Assembly (NCBI GenBank): GCA_964632485.1
Contig: CAZWDO010000004.1
Span: 124,001-188,000, forward strand
Length of the DNA stretch: 64,000 nt
DNA from: an uncultured bacterium
GTDB lineage: Bacteria; JAGOEH01
Direction of reading: 5' to 3'
The translations under genes were made by a program, and so were the position numbers. Positions 11,051 to 20,815 of this stretch are shown here, one piece after another. Position 1 is the first letter of the stretch, and every line of letters begins with the position of its first letter. The notes under the pieces are model-generated. The model worked only from the letters and a program-made list of their open reading frames with translations. It did not search any database and was not told the DNA's origin.

Positions 11051-12729
11051 TCCAGTTTTTAAGTAAAGATCCAATTCCTGCCAATGATTACGATATAATT
11101 TTTAATCACCCCCTTGAAATTTCCAACCATATTCGTCAGCTTTCAGAAATTAATATTCCCTTCGATACTTTCTTACTTTTTAAAGAAAGCAATCAGGTTA
11201 AAAAAGAAAAGGCCTTTGCTTTTTTTATTCAAGCCAACAATACGGATTTTCTAACTGATCAGCTTAACCCAATCGAGCTGGGGGATACAGTTCAGAATTA
11301 TCTAAAAAACAAGGCCTTCCGTATCGCGAACGGAGAACAGGAAGATAGTAAGGATTATCTTCAATTTATCTATGAATTAGAAACTATCCGCTACCTTTTT
11401 TTTGCGCCCATCCAAAGTATTGAACACTTTAGATATCGGCAGGAGTATATTCCTGTTATTCGATTTTCATACCCAAAGCTGATTAAGAAGCATGATTTTC
11501 GCAATGAAAACCGTCTTAATCTTACCAATTCCAACCCTGTGAGCATCAAGTTAAGTGATAATCTTGAATTACGGTTAATTAACATATCCTGTGGCGGCAT
11601 AGCTACTCAAAACACCGCCGATACTCATTTTTTGATCGGTGATTTTATGAATTTTACGCTGGTTTTACCCAATTTTTCGGAACAACTTCTGCTCAAAGGT
11701 GAGATTCGCTATTTAAGCGCAACTCGTATCGGCATTAAATTCCACCCTTTTCAAGTAACACGAATGGAACAGTTACTATTTCGGAAAAAAATACTTATTA
11801 TACGTAAATTTATTCAAGAAGAAGCGAAGCGTTTAATCCTTTCTCCTCCCCGTTCATCACTTCAAGCCACTCATTCGCCTAAATCCGCCAAACTTAGAGA
11901 GCTAATCGCCGAACAAAGCAGCTCTCAAGAAACTATTCGCCCTCATTATTACGAATTAAATAAACCCTTTATTTTATTAATTGACAATAAGCCCGATCAT
12001 CGCTATAATGTTTTAAAATTGAAATATCAACTGATCAAATCTTTATATACCCGCGTCGAGACATTGCTTCGATTGCATACCATTCATCTGATACTATTTA
12101 ATCCCGATTTTACAAATTTTCGCGCTATTATTCGTTTACTAAAATCAAATCCTATGTACCATTTTATTCCAAAAATACTTCTTACTCAACAATTTACCAG
12201 AGATTTTATTATTTCGATGCAAAATGAATTGAGTTACCATAAAATACTGAAATTCCCATTTCATACAACCCAGCTATTACACTCCATTGATAACGGGCTT
12301 AACTGCTTTAAGTTATCCCATGAAATGGAGTTAACTTCTTTTCCGGCGCATTTGCAAAATCTTAAGTACCTTTTCGTGTCCAATTCGCCTTCAATTATTT
12401 ACGGTCTATCACTGTTATTCTATGAGCTTAAATTGGATCGCTTTTATAGTGAATTAAATGGAAATAAACTGATCAGCGCTATGAATCAAACCGATCCTGA
12501 TATTTTAATTCTTGACAATTACCTAAACGATATCAATTCACTTCGACTTTGTCCCATTATCAAACGGAATCCCCGGTTTAAAAAAATTAAAATCATTTTA
12601 ATGATCACTCATCCTTTGGCCGATTATCTTGAAAAAATATCTCATTACCAAATCGATCGTTACATTTTTTATCCTTTTCAGGGTGAAGATATTTTAGATA
12701 TTATTCAATCGTTGGATTTTGAAATGTAA
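11047..12729 (+). CDS. PilZ-domain protein with two C-terminal degenerate receiver domains
   Basis: RNENR (RxxxR) and NISCGG (N/DxSxxG) PilZ motifs; two REC-like blocks (ILLIDN...LILFN...LKFPF and PDILILDN...FYPF). Confidence 0.72.
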   Translation: MIQFLSKDPIPANDYDIIFNHPLEISNHIRQLSEINIPFDTFLLFKESNQVKKEKAFAFFIQANNTDFLTDQLNPIELGDTVQNYLKNKAFRIANGEQEDSKDYLQFIYELETIRYLFFAPIQSIEHFRYRQEYIPVIRFSYPKLIKKHDFRNENRLNLTNSNPVSIKLSDNLELRLINISCGGIATQNTADTHFLIGDFMNFTLVLPNFSEQLLLKGEIRYLSATRIGIKFHPFQVTRMEQLLFRKKILIIRKFIQEEAKRLILSPPRSSLQATHSPKSAKLRELIAEQSSSQETIRPHYYELNKPFILLIDNKPDHRYNVLKLKYQLIKSLYTRVETLLRLHTIHLILFNPDFTNFRAIIRLLKSNPMYHFIPKILLTQQFTRDFIISMQNELSYHKILKFPFHTTQLLHSIDNGLNCFKLSHEMELTSFPAHLQNLKYLFVSNSPSIIYGLSLLFYELKLDRFYSELNGNKLISAMNQTDPDILILDNYLNDINSLRLCPIIKRNPRFKKIKIILMITHPLADYLEKISHYQIDRYIFYPFQGEDILDIIQSLDFEM

Positions 12730-12735
12730 AACTAC

Positions 12736-12764
12736 TTGACAATTGTATCTAAAGAGGTTATTGT
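12736..12764 (+). promoter_or_regulatory. sigma70-type promoter upstream of cheR
   Basis: TTGACA-N17-TATTGT, then an AAGGTG RBS and ATG at 12784. Confidence 0.55.
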
Positions 12765-12783
12765 TAACTTAAAGGTGTATAAT

Positions 12784-13650
12784 ATGAATTTAAAAACTGA
12801 ACCGAGCAATGCAATCATTAATAGCTATCAGATCAGTGATCATGAATTTCAGCTTTTTGCCACTATGGTATATGATCGATTTGGCATCCATTTAACCGAA
12901 CAAAAAATGAGTCTGGTTTCAGGACGATTGCAAAAAAAACTTAGAGAACTTTCTCTTTCTTCTTTTAAAGAGTACTATGAGTATATCATTCATGACAAAT
13001 CTCAACAATCATTAATTGAATTGATCAATTTACTTACAACCAACCACACTTTTTTTTTCAGAGAGAAAACGCATTTTGATTTCTTCATCCACCAGGCTCT
13101 ACCGGAGTTAAAATCCCAATTAATTTCAAATAACTTACGGGACTTGAGAATTTGGAGCGCCGGTTGCTCTTCAGGAGAGGAACCCTATACGCTGGTCATG
13201 CTTTTAATGGAATTTTTAGGAACTGATTATAGTCATTGGGATGCAGGGTTGCTTGCCACTGATATTTCGGAAAAAGTTCTATCTTTCGCTAAAATAGGAA
13301 TCTATCCGGAAGATCGCGTTAAAGACTTACCTCCCTTATATAAGCAAAAATATCTGCAAAAGCTTCCAAATCACCAATGGGAAGTGATCGCCAAAATTAA
13401 GAATGAGGTCACTTTTCGCCGATTTAATCTAATGAATCAGCAGTTTCCATTTAAAAAACAATTTCACATGATATTTTGTCGCAATGTCATGATCTATTTT
13501 GACCCGCCAACCCGTCATGAACTCGTCCAACGTTTTTACCAGCACCTGGCACCAGGGGGGTATCTTTTTATCGGCCACTCCGAAACACTCGGACGCGAAA
13601 ACAACCTTTTTGAGTATATTAAACCCGCTTTATATCGAAAGCGGGTTTAA
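12784..13650 (+). CDS. cheR: Chemotaxis methyltransferase CheR
   Basis: TTNHTFFFRE, RIWSAGCSSGEEPY, ATDIS, IFCRNVMIYFD, GHSE. Start moved to the ATG at 12784, which has an RBS. Confidence 0.96.
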   Translation: MNLKTEPSNAIINSYQISDHEFQLFATMVYDRFGIHLTEQKMSLVSGRLQKKLRELSLSSFKEYYEYIIHDKSQQSLIELINLLTTNHTFFFREKTHFDFFIHQALPELKSQLISNNLRDLRIWSAGCSSGEEPYTLVMLLMEFLGTDYSHWDAGLLATDISEKVLSFAKIGIYPEDRVKDLPPLYKQKYLQKLPNHQWEVIAKIKNEVTFRRFNLMNQQFPFKKQFHMIFCRNVMIYFDPPTRHELVQRFYQHLAPGGYLFIGHSETLGRENNLFEYIKPALYRKRV

Positions 13651-13651
13651 T

Positions 13652-14728
13652 ATGACACTGATGAAAAAAATTCGTGTTTTAGTGATTGATGATTCCGCTT
13701 TAGTTCGCAATATTCTTACTAAGGGACTGGGACAAGACCCTTGGATAGAAGTTGTAGGATCAGCGCCGGACGTATTTATTGGGCGCGACAAAATTATAGA
13801 ACTTAATCCTGATGTGTTGACTCTCGATATAGAAATGCCTCGAATGGATGGAGTAGAATTTCTTCGGCGTCTAATGCCCCAATATCCTCTCCCTGTTGTC
13901 GTTGTTAGCTCTCTCACCCAAAAAGGGAAACAGATTACTATCCAGGCTCTGGAAGCCGGAGCCGTTGATTTTGTCCCCAAACCCAGTTCCAATGTTGCGG
14001 AAGGGTTATCCCAAATGATGATGGAATTACGCACTAAAGTGAAAATAGCATCCACCGCGAATGTATCCATTTGGAAACACAAAAAAAATCAAACCGATTC
14101 ATCAGCTACAACCGTAAAGGCGATGAATTATTCATTGGCCGAATCCACCGACAAGGTTATTGCCATTGGGGCATCCACCGGTGGGACTGAGGCTATTGCC
14201 AGAGTTGTCTCTGATTTTCCTACCAATATGCCGGGTGTCGTAATTGTTCAGCATATGCCCCCAGGCTTCACAACCATGTATGCCGAACGGCTTAATCGCA
14301 TTTGCCGTGGGGAAGTTAAAGAAGCTCAGGCAGGGGACCGCGTTATGCCCGGTCGAATTTTATTGGCTCCGGGTGATTATCACATGTGTGTTGTCCGCTC
14401 CGGGGGTCAATACCGCATTGAACTAAACCAGAATAGTAAAGTTAATGGTCATCGGCCCTCAGTTGATATTCTCTTCAACTCCGTTGCGCAATATGCCGGC
14501 AATAATTCACTCGGTATTATTTTAACCGGAATGGGAAATGATGGCGCCAGAGGTATGAAAGCAATGTACGATTCTGGGGCGTATAACATCGCCCAGGACG
14601 AAGCGTCATCTGTGGTATATGGGATGCCTAAGGTAGCCGTTGATTCGGGAGGTGTTAATAAAGTCCTATCTCTAGATCAAATTACACCTGAGCTAATCCG
14701 CATTTTAAACCAAAAGGATGTTATATAA
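13652..14728 (+). CDS. cheB: Chemotaxis response regulator methylesterase CheB
   Basis: REC domain (VLVIDDS, TLDIEMP) plus esterase motifs GASTGG, QHMP, HRPSVD, TGMGNDG. Start at 13652 or 13661. Confidence 0.97.
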   Translation: MTLMKKIRVLVIDDSALVRNILTKGLGQDPWIEVVGSAPDVFIGRDKIIELNPDVLTLDIEMPRMDGVEFLRRLMPQYPLPVVVVSSLTQKGKQITIQALEAGAVDFVPKPSSNVAEGLSQMMMELRTKVKIASTANVSIWKHKKNQTDSSATTVKAMNYSLAESTDKVIAIGASTGGTEAIARVVSDFPTNMPGVVIVQHMPPGFTTMYAERLNRICRGEVKEAQAGDRVMPGRILLAPGDYHMCVVRSGGQYRIELNQNSKVNGHRPSVDILFNSVAQYAGNNSLGIILTGMGNDGARGMKAMYDSGAYNIAQDEASSVVYGMPKVAVDSGGVNKVLSLDQITPELIRILNQKDVI

Positions 14729-14729
14729 T

Positions 14730-15740
14730 ATGGCTCATGTTCTTGTCATGGGAGATGGCAGTTGGGGTACCGCTTTTGCTCTGCTACTTTTAAGTAAAAA
14801 TCATCGAGTGGCTTTATGGAGCTATTTTCCAGAACAAGCCAATACCATTCGCCGCGAAAACGAAAATAAAAAATTTTTGCCAGGAATAGAGATTCCGGAT
14901 TCGATTTCTATTCTTCATCGTGAATTAACGGTCGATTTCCATCAATTTGATTTAATCGTGAATGCCGTTCCCACTCAATTTGTACGTCCGGTTTTTCATT
15001 CCGTTTTTTCTCAAACGAATTCAATAATTCCTATTCTTAGTTTGTCCAAAGGGCTTGAAATATCAACCCGGCTTCGTGTAAGCCAAATCCTTCATCAAAT
15101 AACCCCTAAATCGCCTGTGCTGGCTCTATCCGGACCATCACATGCTGAAGAAGTCGCTCAGAAATTGCCAACGGCCGTTACCTTAGCAGGAAAAAATTAC
15201 GCGCTTCTTGAGTATTGGCAAAATGAAATTTCGACAGATTACTTTCGAATATATACCAATTCTGACCTGATCGGTGTAGAAATGGCCGGCGCTTTAAAGA
15301 ATGTGATTGGTTTAGCAGCCGGAATGGTCGATGGACTCGGATTCGGTGATAATACCAAATCCGCCTTGATTACCCGGGGATTAGCTGAAATTACCCGACT
15401 CACCCTGAATATGGGAGCTCAACAAGAAACTCTGTATGGACTTAGCGGTTTAGGAGATTTGATTACGACTTCAATAAGCCGACATGGGAGAAATTGGAAA
15501 GCAGGATTTATCATTGGTCAAGGTACTAAATTTCAAGAGTATGAAAAACAAACTGCTATGGTCATTGAAGGCGCTTATACTGTTAAAGCCGCCATTCAAT
15601 TAGCGAAGGAGTATTCAATCGAAATGCCGATCACTGAGCAAATTTACCAGGTTATCTATGAAAATCTCTCACCCAGAGACGCTGTATTAAACTTAATGAC
15701 AAGAGCTTATAAATCTGAACGCTTTTTAGCCGGTGGATGA
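14730..15740 (+). CDS. gpsA: NAD(P)H-dependent glycerol-3-phosphate dehydrogenase
   Basis: GDGSWGTA, SKGLE, LSGPSHAEE, GALKNV, GDNTK, SGLGDL, GRN. Confidence 0.96.
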   Translation: MAHVLVMGDGSWGTAFALLLLSKNHRVALWSYFPEQANTIRRENENKKFLPGIEIPDSISILHRELTVDFHQFDLIVNAVPTQFVRPVFHSVFSQTNSIIPILSLSKGLEISTRLRVSQILHQITPKSPVLALSGPSHAEEVAQKLPTAVTLAGKNYALLEYWQNEISTDYFRIYTNSDLIGVEMAGALKNVIGLAAGMVDGLGFGDNTKSALITRGLAEITRLTLNMGAQQETLYGLSGLGDLITTSISRHGRNWKAGFIIGQGTKFQEYEKQTAMVIEGAYTVKAAIQLAKEYSIEMPITEQIYQVIYENLSPRDAVLNLMTRAYKSERFLAGG

Positions 15741-16654
15741 TAGAATTCAGGAATATAAAATGTATCCGCTGAGTCCAAATCCTGGCAAAACAGATCGAAA
15801 GCATTTAGAGAAATAGCATATTCCTTTATCAACTCATATTCATCTAATGTTAATGGCCGGTTAATCATCTCATAATTTTTAGCTAAAGCAAACGGCGTGT
15901 ATTGAGCCATTAAACTAACCAGTATTCTATCCTTAAAATTCCTGGTCAGAAAAGTTAAAATTTCTTTTGAACTATCTAAATGGCCTGGCAACACCAAATG
16001 CCGAACGATTACCCCACTTCTCATCAAACCCATATCATCCATAACAAATCTACCTGTTGCAGCAACCATTTTTTCTATCGCTCGTTCCGCTGTTTTGGGA
16101 TAATTAGATATTTTTGAATAGATTTCTGCTAGGTTTGCCTGGCTATATTTGTAATCAGGTAAAAAAATATCAATCCAGCCTGATAATTCATCGATAATTT
16201 CCGGGGTTTCATAGCCATTCGTATTATAAACAAAGCGAATATTTTTTTGTTGATATTTAATAGCCTTAATAACGCTCAGAATTAGCGGCGCATAAGGTGT
16301 CGGTGTCACTAGATTTATAAATTGGCACCCTTTTGCGTTTAACCCGATGATAATCTCCTTCAGACGAGAAAGACTGATATAGTAACCATCTCCGGATTGA
16401 CTAATATCGAAATTTTGACAGAAAACACATCGGAGGTTGCAATGCGAAAAAAAAATATTTCCTGAACCATATTCACCTGTAATGACGGGCTCTTCAAAAA
16501 AAAAAGGCTGGAATAAATTGATTTTTAAATATAATTCTCCTCGGCGATATAAAACAGGAGCCCGGCAAAACCCGGTTTCTTTAAACCTGTTGACTCCGCA
16601 AGAGTGGGGACAAAAATTGCAGTTTTTCAGCCTTTCGATCAATTCCTCCATCAC
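15707..16654 (-). CDS. PflX-like radical SAM protein
   Basis: CNFCPHSCGVNR, EEP, GSGNIFF, CNLRCVFC (CxxxCxxC), NLVTPT, YNTNGYE, VRHLVLPG. Confidence 0.88.
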   Translation of the reverse strand: MMEELIERLKNCNFCPHSCGVNRFKETGFCRAPVLYRRGELYLKINLFQPFFFEEPVITGEYGSGNIFFSHCNLRCVFCQNFDISQSGDGYYISLSRLKEIIIGLNAKGCQFINLVTPTPYAPLILSVIKAIKYQQKNIRFVYNTNGYETPEIIDELSGWIDIFLPDYKYSQANLAEIYSKISNYPKTAERAIEKMVAATGRFVMDDMGLMRSGVIVRHLVLPGHLDSSKEILTFLTRNFKDRILVSLMAQYTPFALAKNYEMINRPLTLDEYELIKEYAISLNAFDLFCQDLDSADTFYIPEFYHPPAKKRSDL

Positions 16655-17145
16655 ACTTCCCCAATTTCCTCCACCAATGCATTAAACAGAGTGATGATAT
16701 CATCATCAGCTTTCCGGAGGCGTTCTGCCAAAATTTCCGCTAATCTGCGCATGACCATCATTCCAACATAATGATCAGTTCTACAGATTTCTCCAAATTG
16801 TTCACGTCCCAGGACTAAAAAAGTGCAATCACTTTCACAAACTACCGTTGCTGTCCGACGACTATCTTCCAGTAGTGAAATTTCTCCAAAAAAAACATTT
16901 TCATGGTCTTCCAATATGACTACAGTATAAGGATCACGGGCTGACGTATGCTTCACAATCCGCACAGAACCCGAAAAAATAATATGTAATGAATCGCCCA
17001 GATCCCCTTCCTTGAGTACTATTTCCCCCTTTTTACATTGTATAATATTAAATAATTTTGCCAAACGTTCCAAGCGTTCAACGTCCGTCTTTATAAAACT
17101 AAAAAGTTTGATGTTCGATAACCGTTCAATAATTTCTTCAATCAT
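16651..17145 (-). CDS. Stand-alone cyclic-nucleotide-binding domain protein
   Basis: EGDLGDSLHIIFSGSV, FFGEISLL, RRTATV (phosphate-binding cassette); no HTH. Confidence 0.88.
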   Translation of the reverse strand: MIEEIIERLSNIKLFSFIKTDVERLERLAKLFNIIQCKKGEIVLKEGDLGDSLHIIFSGSVRIVKHTSARDPYTVVILEDHENVFFGEISLLEDSRRTATVVCESDCTFLVLGREQFGEICRTDHYVGMMVMRRLAEILAERLRKADDDIITLFNALVEEIGEV

Positions 17146-18316
17146 TCCGCTCTTTATTTCCTTTTAAGATAATCAATTTACTGCCTTTGGGTATTATATA
17201 ATCTACTCCTGGATTAAAAATCGGTAGATTACTGGTTAGTACCTTAACTTTTTTTAAATTTTCCACTAACCGTGAAATATTCGGAGTTTTTTGAGCATCT
17301 TGAATCGCCTCACTTTTTCTCTGATAAAAATTTCCTGTATTCTCAAGTACGCCTATTAATAACCCCTTTTCATTCTGTTGCTGATAAAGTATTAGTAGCT
17401 CACCAAATTTTTTGCCAATCCAATCACCCGGCATTTCGCCAACCTGAATCCCAATTTCAGCCATTTGATTTAATATATTGGGAAATCCATCGTAAACAAG
17501 GCTGTTGGCAAAACAGGAACATAGTAAATCCTTGGCAAATACGATTTCATCACAGTTATTCTGTTTTAAGTAAGGAAAAAATTTTTCATCCTCAATCTCC
17601 GCAACTACATAAATTCGAGGATTTAAGCGCTTTATCGTCATTACCGCCATCACAATTTTTGGATCCTCCAGCACCGGCGATTGATTTTTTTTCGATTCAT
17701 GTAGTAAAAGTATGCGGCTTGCAGTTTTGACACCCGCTCGGATCAATGTATTCTCATCCATATAATCCCCATTAATAAACCGTAAATCATGCTGTTCAAA
17801 TTCTGCCATTAATGGCTCCATTTCATCCTGATGAGCCGTATTGATCAATACCAATGAGACGCCCTCAACCTCCTGAATGGAAAAAAACCGTTTGATAATC
17901 TCATGTAATTCACCTTTCCATCCACAAATAATAATATGGTCTTTTAATTTTTTCAAAACAGCTAATCCTTTTTTGCGTTGTAGATTGCGTTCAACTAAAA
18001 AAGAAGCGATCCGGCCAGTTGTTATACTGAGCAGACCAATCCCTAAAAACATAACTAATATCCCGATTAAACGTCCCCAGGGTGTAATCGGATATCGATC
18101 TCCATAGCCAACGGTGAAAATTGTTACAAAAAACCACCAAATAGCATCCCAAAAGCTATGAAACAAAGTATTCCCGCCATGATATTCAATTTTTAATACT
18201 AAATAGGATGACCCTATTGCGATTAACATTATTACCAAAGCTAAAATAGCATTATCATTATGGAATAAACTGCTGAATTTTTTTTTTAATATTTTTAAGC
18301 GTTTTATTTTTCTCAT
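17138..18316 (-). CDS. Potassium channel (2TM pore plus RCK/TrkA-N domain)
   Basis: Selectivity filter TVGYGD; RCK motifs HIIICGW and FINGD. Confidence 0.92.
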   Translation of the reverse strand: MRKIKRLKILKKKFSSLFHNDNAILALVIMLIAIGSSYLVLKIEYHGGNTLFHSFWDAIWWFFVTIFTVGYGDRYPITPWGRLIGILVMFLGIGLLSITTGRIASFLVERNLQRKKGLAVLKKLKDHIIICGWKGELHEIIKRFFSIQEVEGVSLVLINTAHQDEMEPLMAEFEQHDLRFINGDYMDENTLIRAGVKTASRILLLHESKKNQSPVLEDPKIVMAVMTIKRLNPRIYVVAEIEDEKFFPYLKQNNCDEIVFAKDLLCSCFANSLVYDGFPNILNQMAEIGIQVGEMPGDWIGKKFGELLILYQQQNEKGLLIGVLENTGNFYQRKSEAIQDAQKTPNISRLVENLKKVKVLTSNLPIFNPGVDYIIPKGSKLIILKGNKERND

Positions 18317-18616
18317 CTATCTAATCTACATTATATAGTCCATAAAATCAATAACTTTTTATTACTTTTTTTACTTTTGTTTTCATTTTATTATTTACCG
18401 CTTGACTCTTTATTTCATACTTTTTTTTTACTGCTTTATTTAAAATTTTTTCTTGTAATACTAACAGTAATGATTATATTACAATCAATTTTATTACTGG
18501 TATTTTCGATTAAATTACTTTTTAGAAAACTGGAGGATATATATATTTTCTTTTAGATTAAAAATTAATGATCGTTATTTATTGTGAGTAAACGATAACC
18601 TCTATTTAAATTAGGA

Positions 18617-20143
18617 GTGACTATGATTTTTTTAAACGGTAATTCACTAACAATTGAGCAAGTTGTTCAAGTTGCCCGCCACTATGAACCCGTTAGTATT
18701 GAACCCGGCATAATTGAAACTATTAATCGGTGCTCATCCACTGTTGATCAATTTTTAGAAGAGGAAAGGATCGTATATGGAATTACTACAGGATTCGGCA
18801 GTTTTGCACAAATTACAATACCTCCTGAGAATGTTCGCCAGCTTCAGGTAAATTTATTAATGTCCCATGCATCCGGGATCGGACCCATTATAAACGATGA
18901 TCAGGTACGCGCCATGATTTTACTACGCGTCAATGCATTATGCAAAGGGTTTTCGGGTATTCGCTTAACAACGCTCGAACGATTACTTTTTTTTCTCAAT
19001 CAAAATATTTTACCTCGCGTACCGCGCCAGGGTAGCGTAGGAGCCAGCGGAGATTTGGTGCCTCTCGCTCACATGTCCCTCCCTTTAATAGGACTGGGAA
19101 AAGTAAAATTTCAAAATGAAATAATGGATGCTAAAGAGATGCTTGATTATTTCAACTTAAAACCGATTGAGCTCTACGCAAAAGAAGGGTTAGCTCTGAT
19201 AAACGGTACTCAACTTATGACTGCTGTTGGAACTTTAACTCTCTATGATTCTTTAAAATTAGCTACGCTCTGCGATATTGTTTCTGCCTGCTCAATCGAA
19301 GCTTTAAAGGGAACTGACACGCCTTTTGATCCACGGATCCATGCTTTACGTCCCCATAAAGGGCAACTTCAGGTAGCCGAAAACTTACTAAAGCTTTTAG
19401 ATCATAGTGAAATTATGACCAGTCATAAAAGCTGTCAGAAAATACAGGATAGTTATTCATTGCGATGTATTCCCCAAGTCCATGGCGCTAGCCGAGATGC
19501 CTTAACTTATATTAAAAACGTTTTGGAAATTGAAATTAATTCCGTTACTGATAACCCAATAATATTTCCTGAATCCAATGAAAGCATCAGTTGCGGTAAT
19601 TTTCATGGACAACCTGTTGCTCTTGCCCTTGATTTTCTTGCTATCGCATTGGCTGAATTTGCCAATATTTCTGAAAGACGAATTGAAAGGCTTGTTGATC
19701 CGGCTTTATCCAATCTTCCTCCGTTTTTAACTCCCGAAGGAGGTTTAAACTCGGGATACATGATTACTCAATATGCTGCTGCTTCCTTGGTTTCTGAAAA
19801 CAAAGTCCTGGCGCATCCCGCTTCCGTCGATTCTATTCCCACATCAGCCAACCAGGAAGATCATGTCAGTATGGGTACCATTGCTGCCTTCAAAGCGCAA
19901 GAAGTATTTATCAATACACGGAATGTAATCGCCATTGAACTATTATGCGCCTGCCAGGGTCTTGATTTTATTTCAGAAAAACCCGGTTTAGGCATACAAT
20001 ATGCTCATAATTTTATCCGGAAACAAATACCCACCTTAACTCATGACCGGATTATGTCCTACGACATTGAAAAGATAAACCAATTAATCCAGAATTCAAG
20101 CATTATTGAGGAGGTTATCCGTGGAATCGGAATTTTATATTAA
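18617..20143 (+). CDS. hutH: Histidine ammonia-lyase
   Basis: YGITTGFG, SH specificity pair (LMSHA), MIO tripeptide GSVG-ASG-DL, KEGLALINGT, QEDHVSMG. Confidence 0.95.
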   Translation: MTMIFLNGNSLTIEQVVQVARHYEPVSIEPGIIETINRCSSTVDQFLEEERIVYGITTGFGSFAQITIPPENVRQLQVNLLMSHASGIGPIINDDQVRAMILLRVNALCKGFSGIRLTTLERLLFFLNQNILPRVPRQGSVGASGDLVPLAHMSLPLIGLGKVKFQNEIMDAKEMLDYFNLKPIELYAKEGLALINGTQLMTAVGTLTLYDSLKLATLCDIVSACSIEALKGTDTPFDPRIHALRPHKGQLQVAENLLKLLDHSEIMTSHKSCQKIQDSYSLRCIPQVHGASRDALTYIKNVLEIEINSVTDNPIIFPESNESISCGNFHGQPVALALDFLAIALAEFANISERRIERLVDPALSNLPPFLTPEGGLNSGYMITQYAAASLVSENKVLAHPASVDSIPTSANQEDHVSMGTIAAFKAQEVFINTRNVIAIELLCACQGLDFISEKPGLGIQYAHNFIRKQIPTLTHDRIMSYDIEKINQLIQNSSIIEEVIRGIGILY

Positions 20144-20525
20144 TCTGTTAAAAAAGGTTTTTCAACTTTCTAAACAAGCTTGGAGTCCTTATTCTAAAAT
20201 TCAAGTTGCCGCAATATTAATTACTGAGGACAATCTTTTGTTTGAAGGAGTTAATGTAGAAAATAGTTCGTATGGATTAACAATTTGCGCAGAAAGAAAC
20301 GCTATTGGACACGCAATTGCTCATGGATATCGAAATTTCAAACACATTTTTTTATATTCACCCCAAATACCCAACATATTACCGTGTGGGGCTTGTCGCC
20401 AAGTACTGGCAGAATTTAATCCTTCTATTCCTATTATTACATCAGATTCTAACTTTAATTTTCAAATCATTCAGCTAAACGAAATTTTTCCAAGCTATTT
20501 TTCATTAACTAATTATTCAAACTAA
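20121..20525 (+). CDS. cdd: Cytidine deaminase
   Basis: PYS, NVENSSYGLTICAERNA, PCGACRQ; GTG start at 20121 with GAGGAGG RBS. Confidence 0.95.
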   Translation: MESEFYINLLKKVFQLSKQAWSPYSKIQVAAILITEDNLLFEGVNVENSSYGLTICAERNAIGHAIAHGYRNFKHIFLYSPQIPNILPCGACRQVLAEFNPSIPIITSDSNFNFQIIQLNEIFPSYFSLTNYSN

Positions 20526-20572
20526 ACCTAAAAAAAATGTAGATCGTTATTAAATTTTCGTTTTACCGATTT

Positions 20573-20755
20573 TTATAACTCTTTTTCATTTTTATTAACA
20601 AGAGTTATCGCAGCAAAAAGTAACATAGTAAATAGTATGCTGCCGAAATACAAGGAACCGGTAACTTTTGCATCTGCAGCAAGATAGAAAGCAATCGATC
20701 CAGGAATTAAAGTTATAATCGCGATTAAAATCCAAGCAATTACTTTAGTAATCAT
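20573..20755 (-). CDS. Small 2-TM membrane protein (60 aa)
   Basis: AGGAGG RBS before ATG at 20755; two hydrophobic helices. Confidence 0.65.
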   Translation of the reverse strand: MITKVIAWILIAIITLIPGSIAFYLAADAKVTGSLYFGSILFTMLLFAAITLVNKNEKEL

Positions 20756-20815
20756 GATTCCTCCTTTGTTTTTATTAATAATAATATATTTATCTCTGTT
20801 TGTCAATATTTTTTA

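Noticed and set aside
13499-13651. N-terminal extension of CheB in the ORF track
   Set aside because: It overlaps the conserved CheR C-terminus; the REC domain begins at MKKIRVLVIDD.
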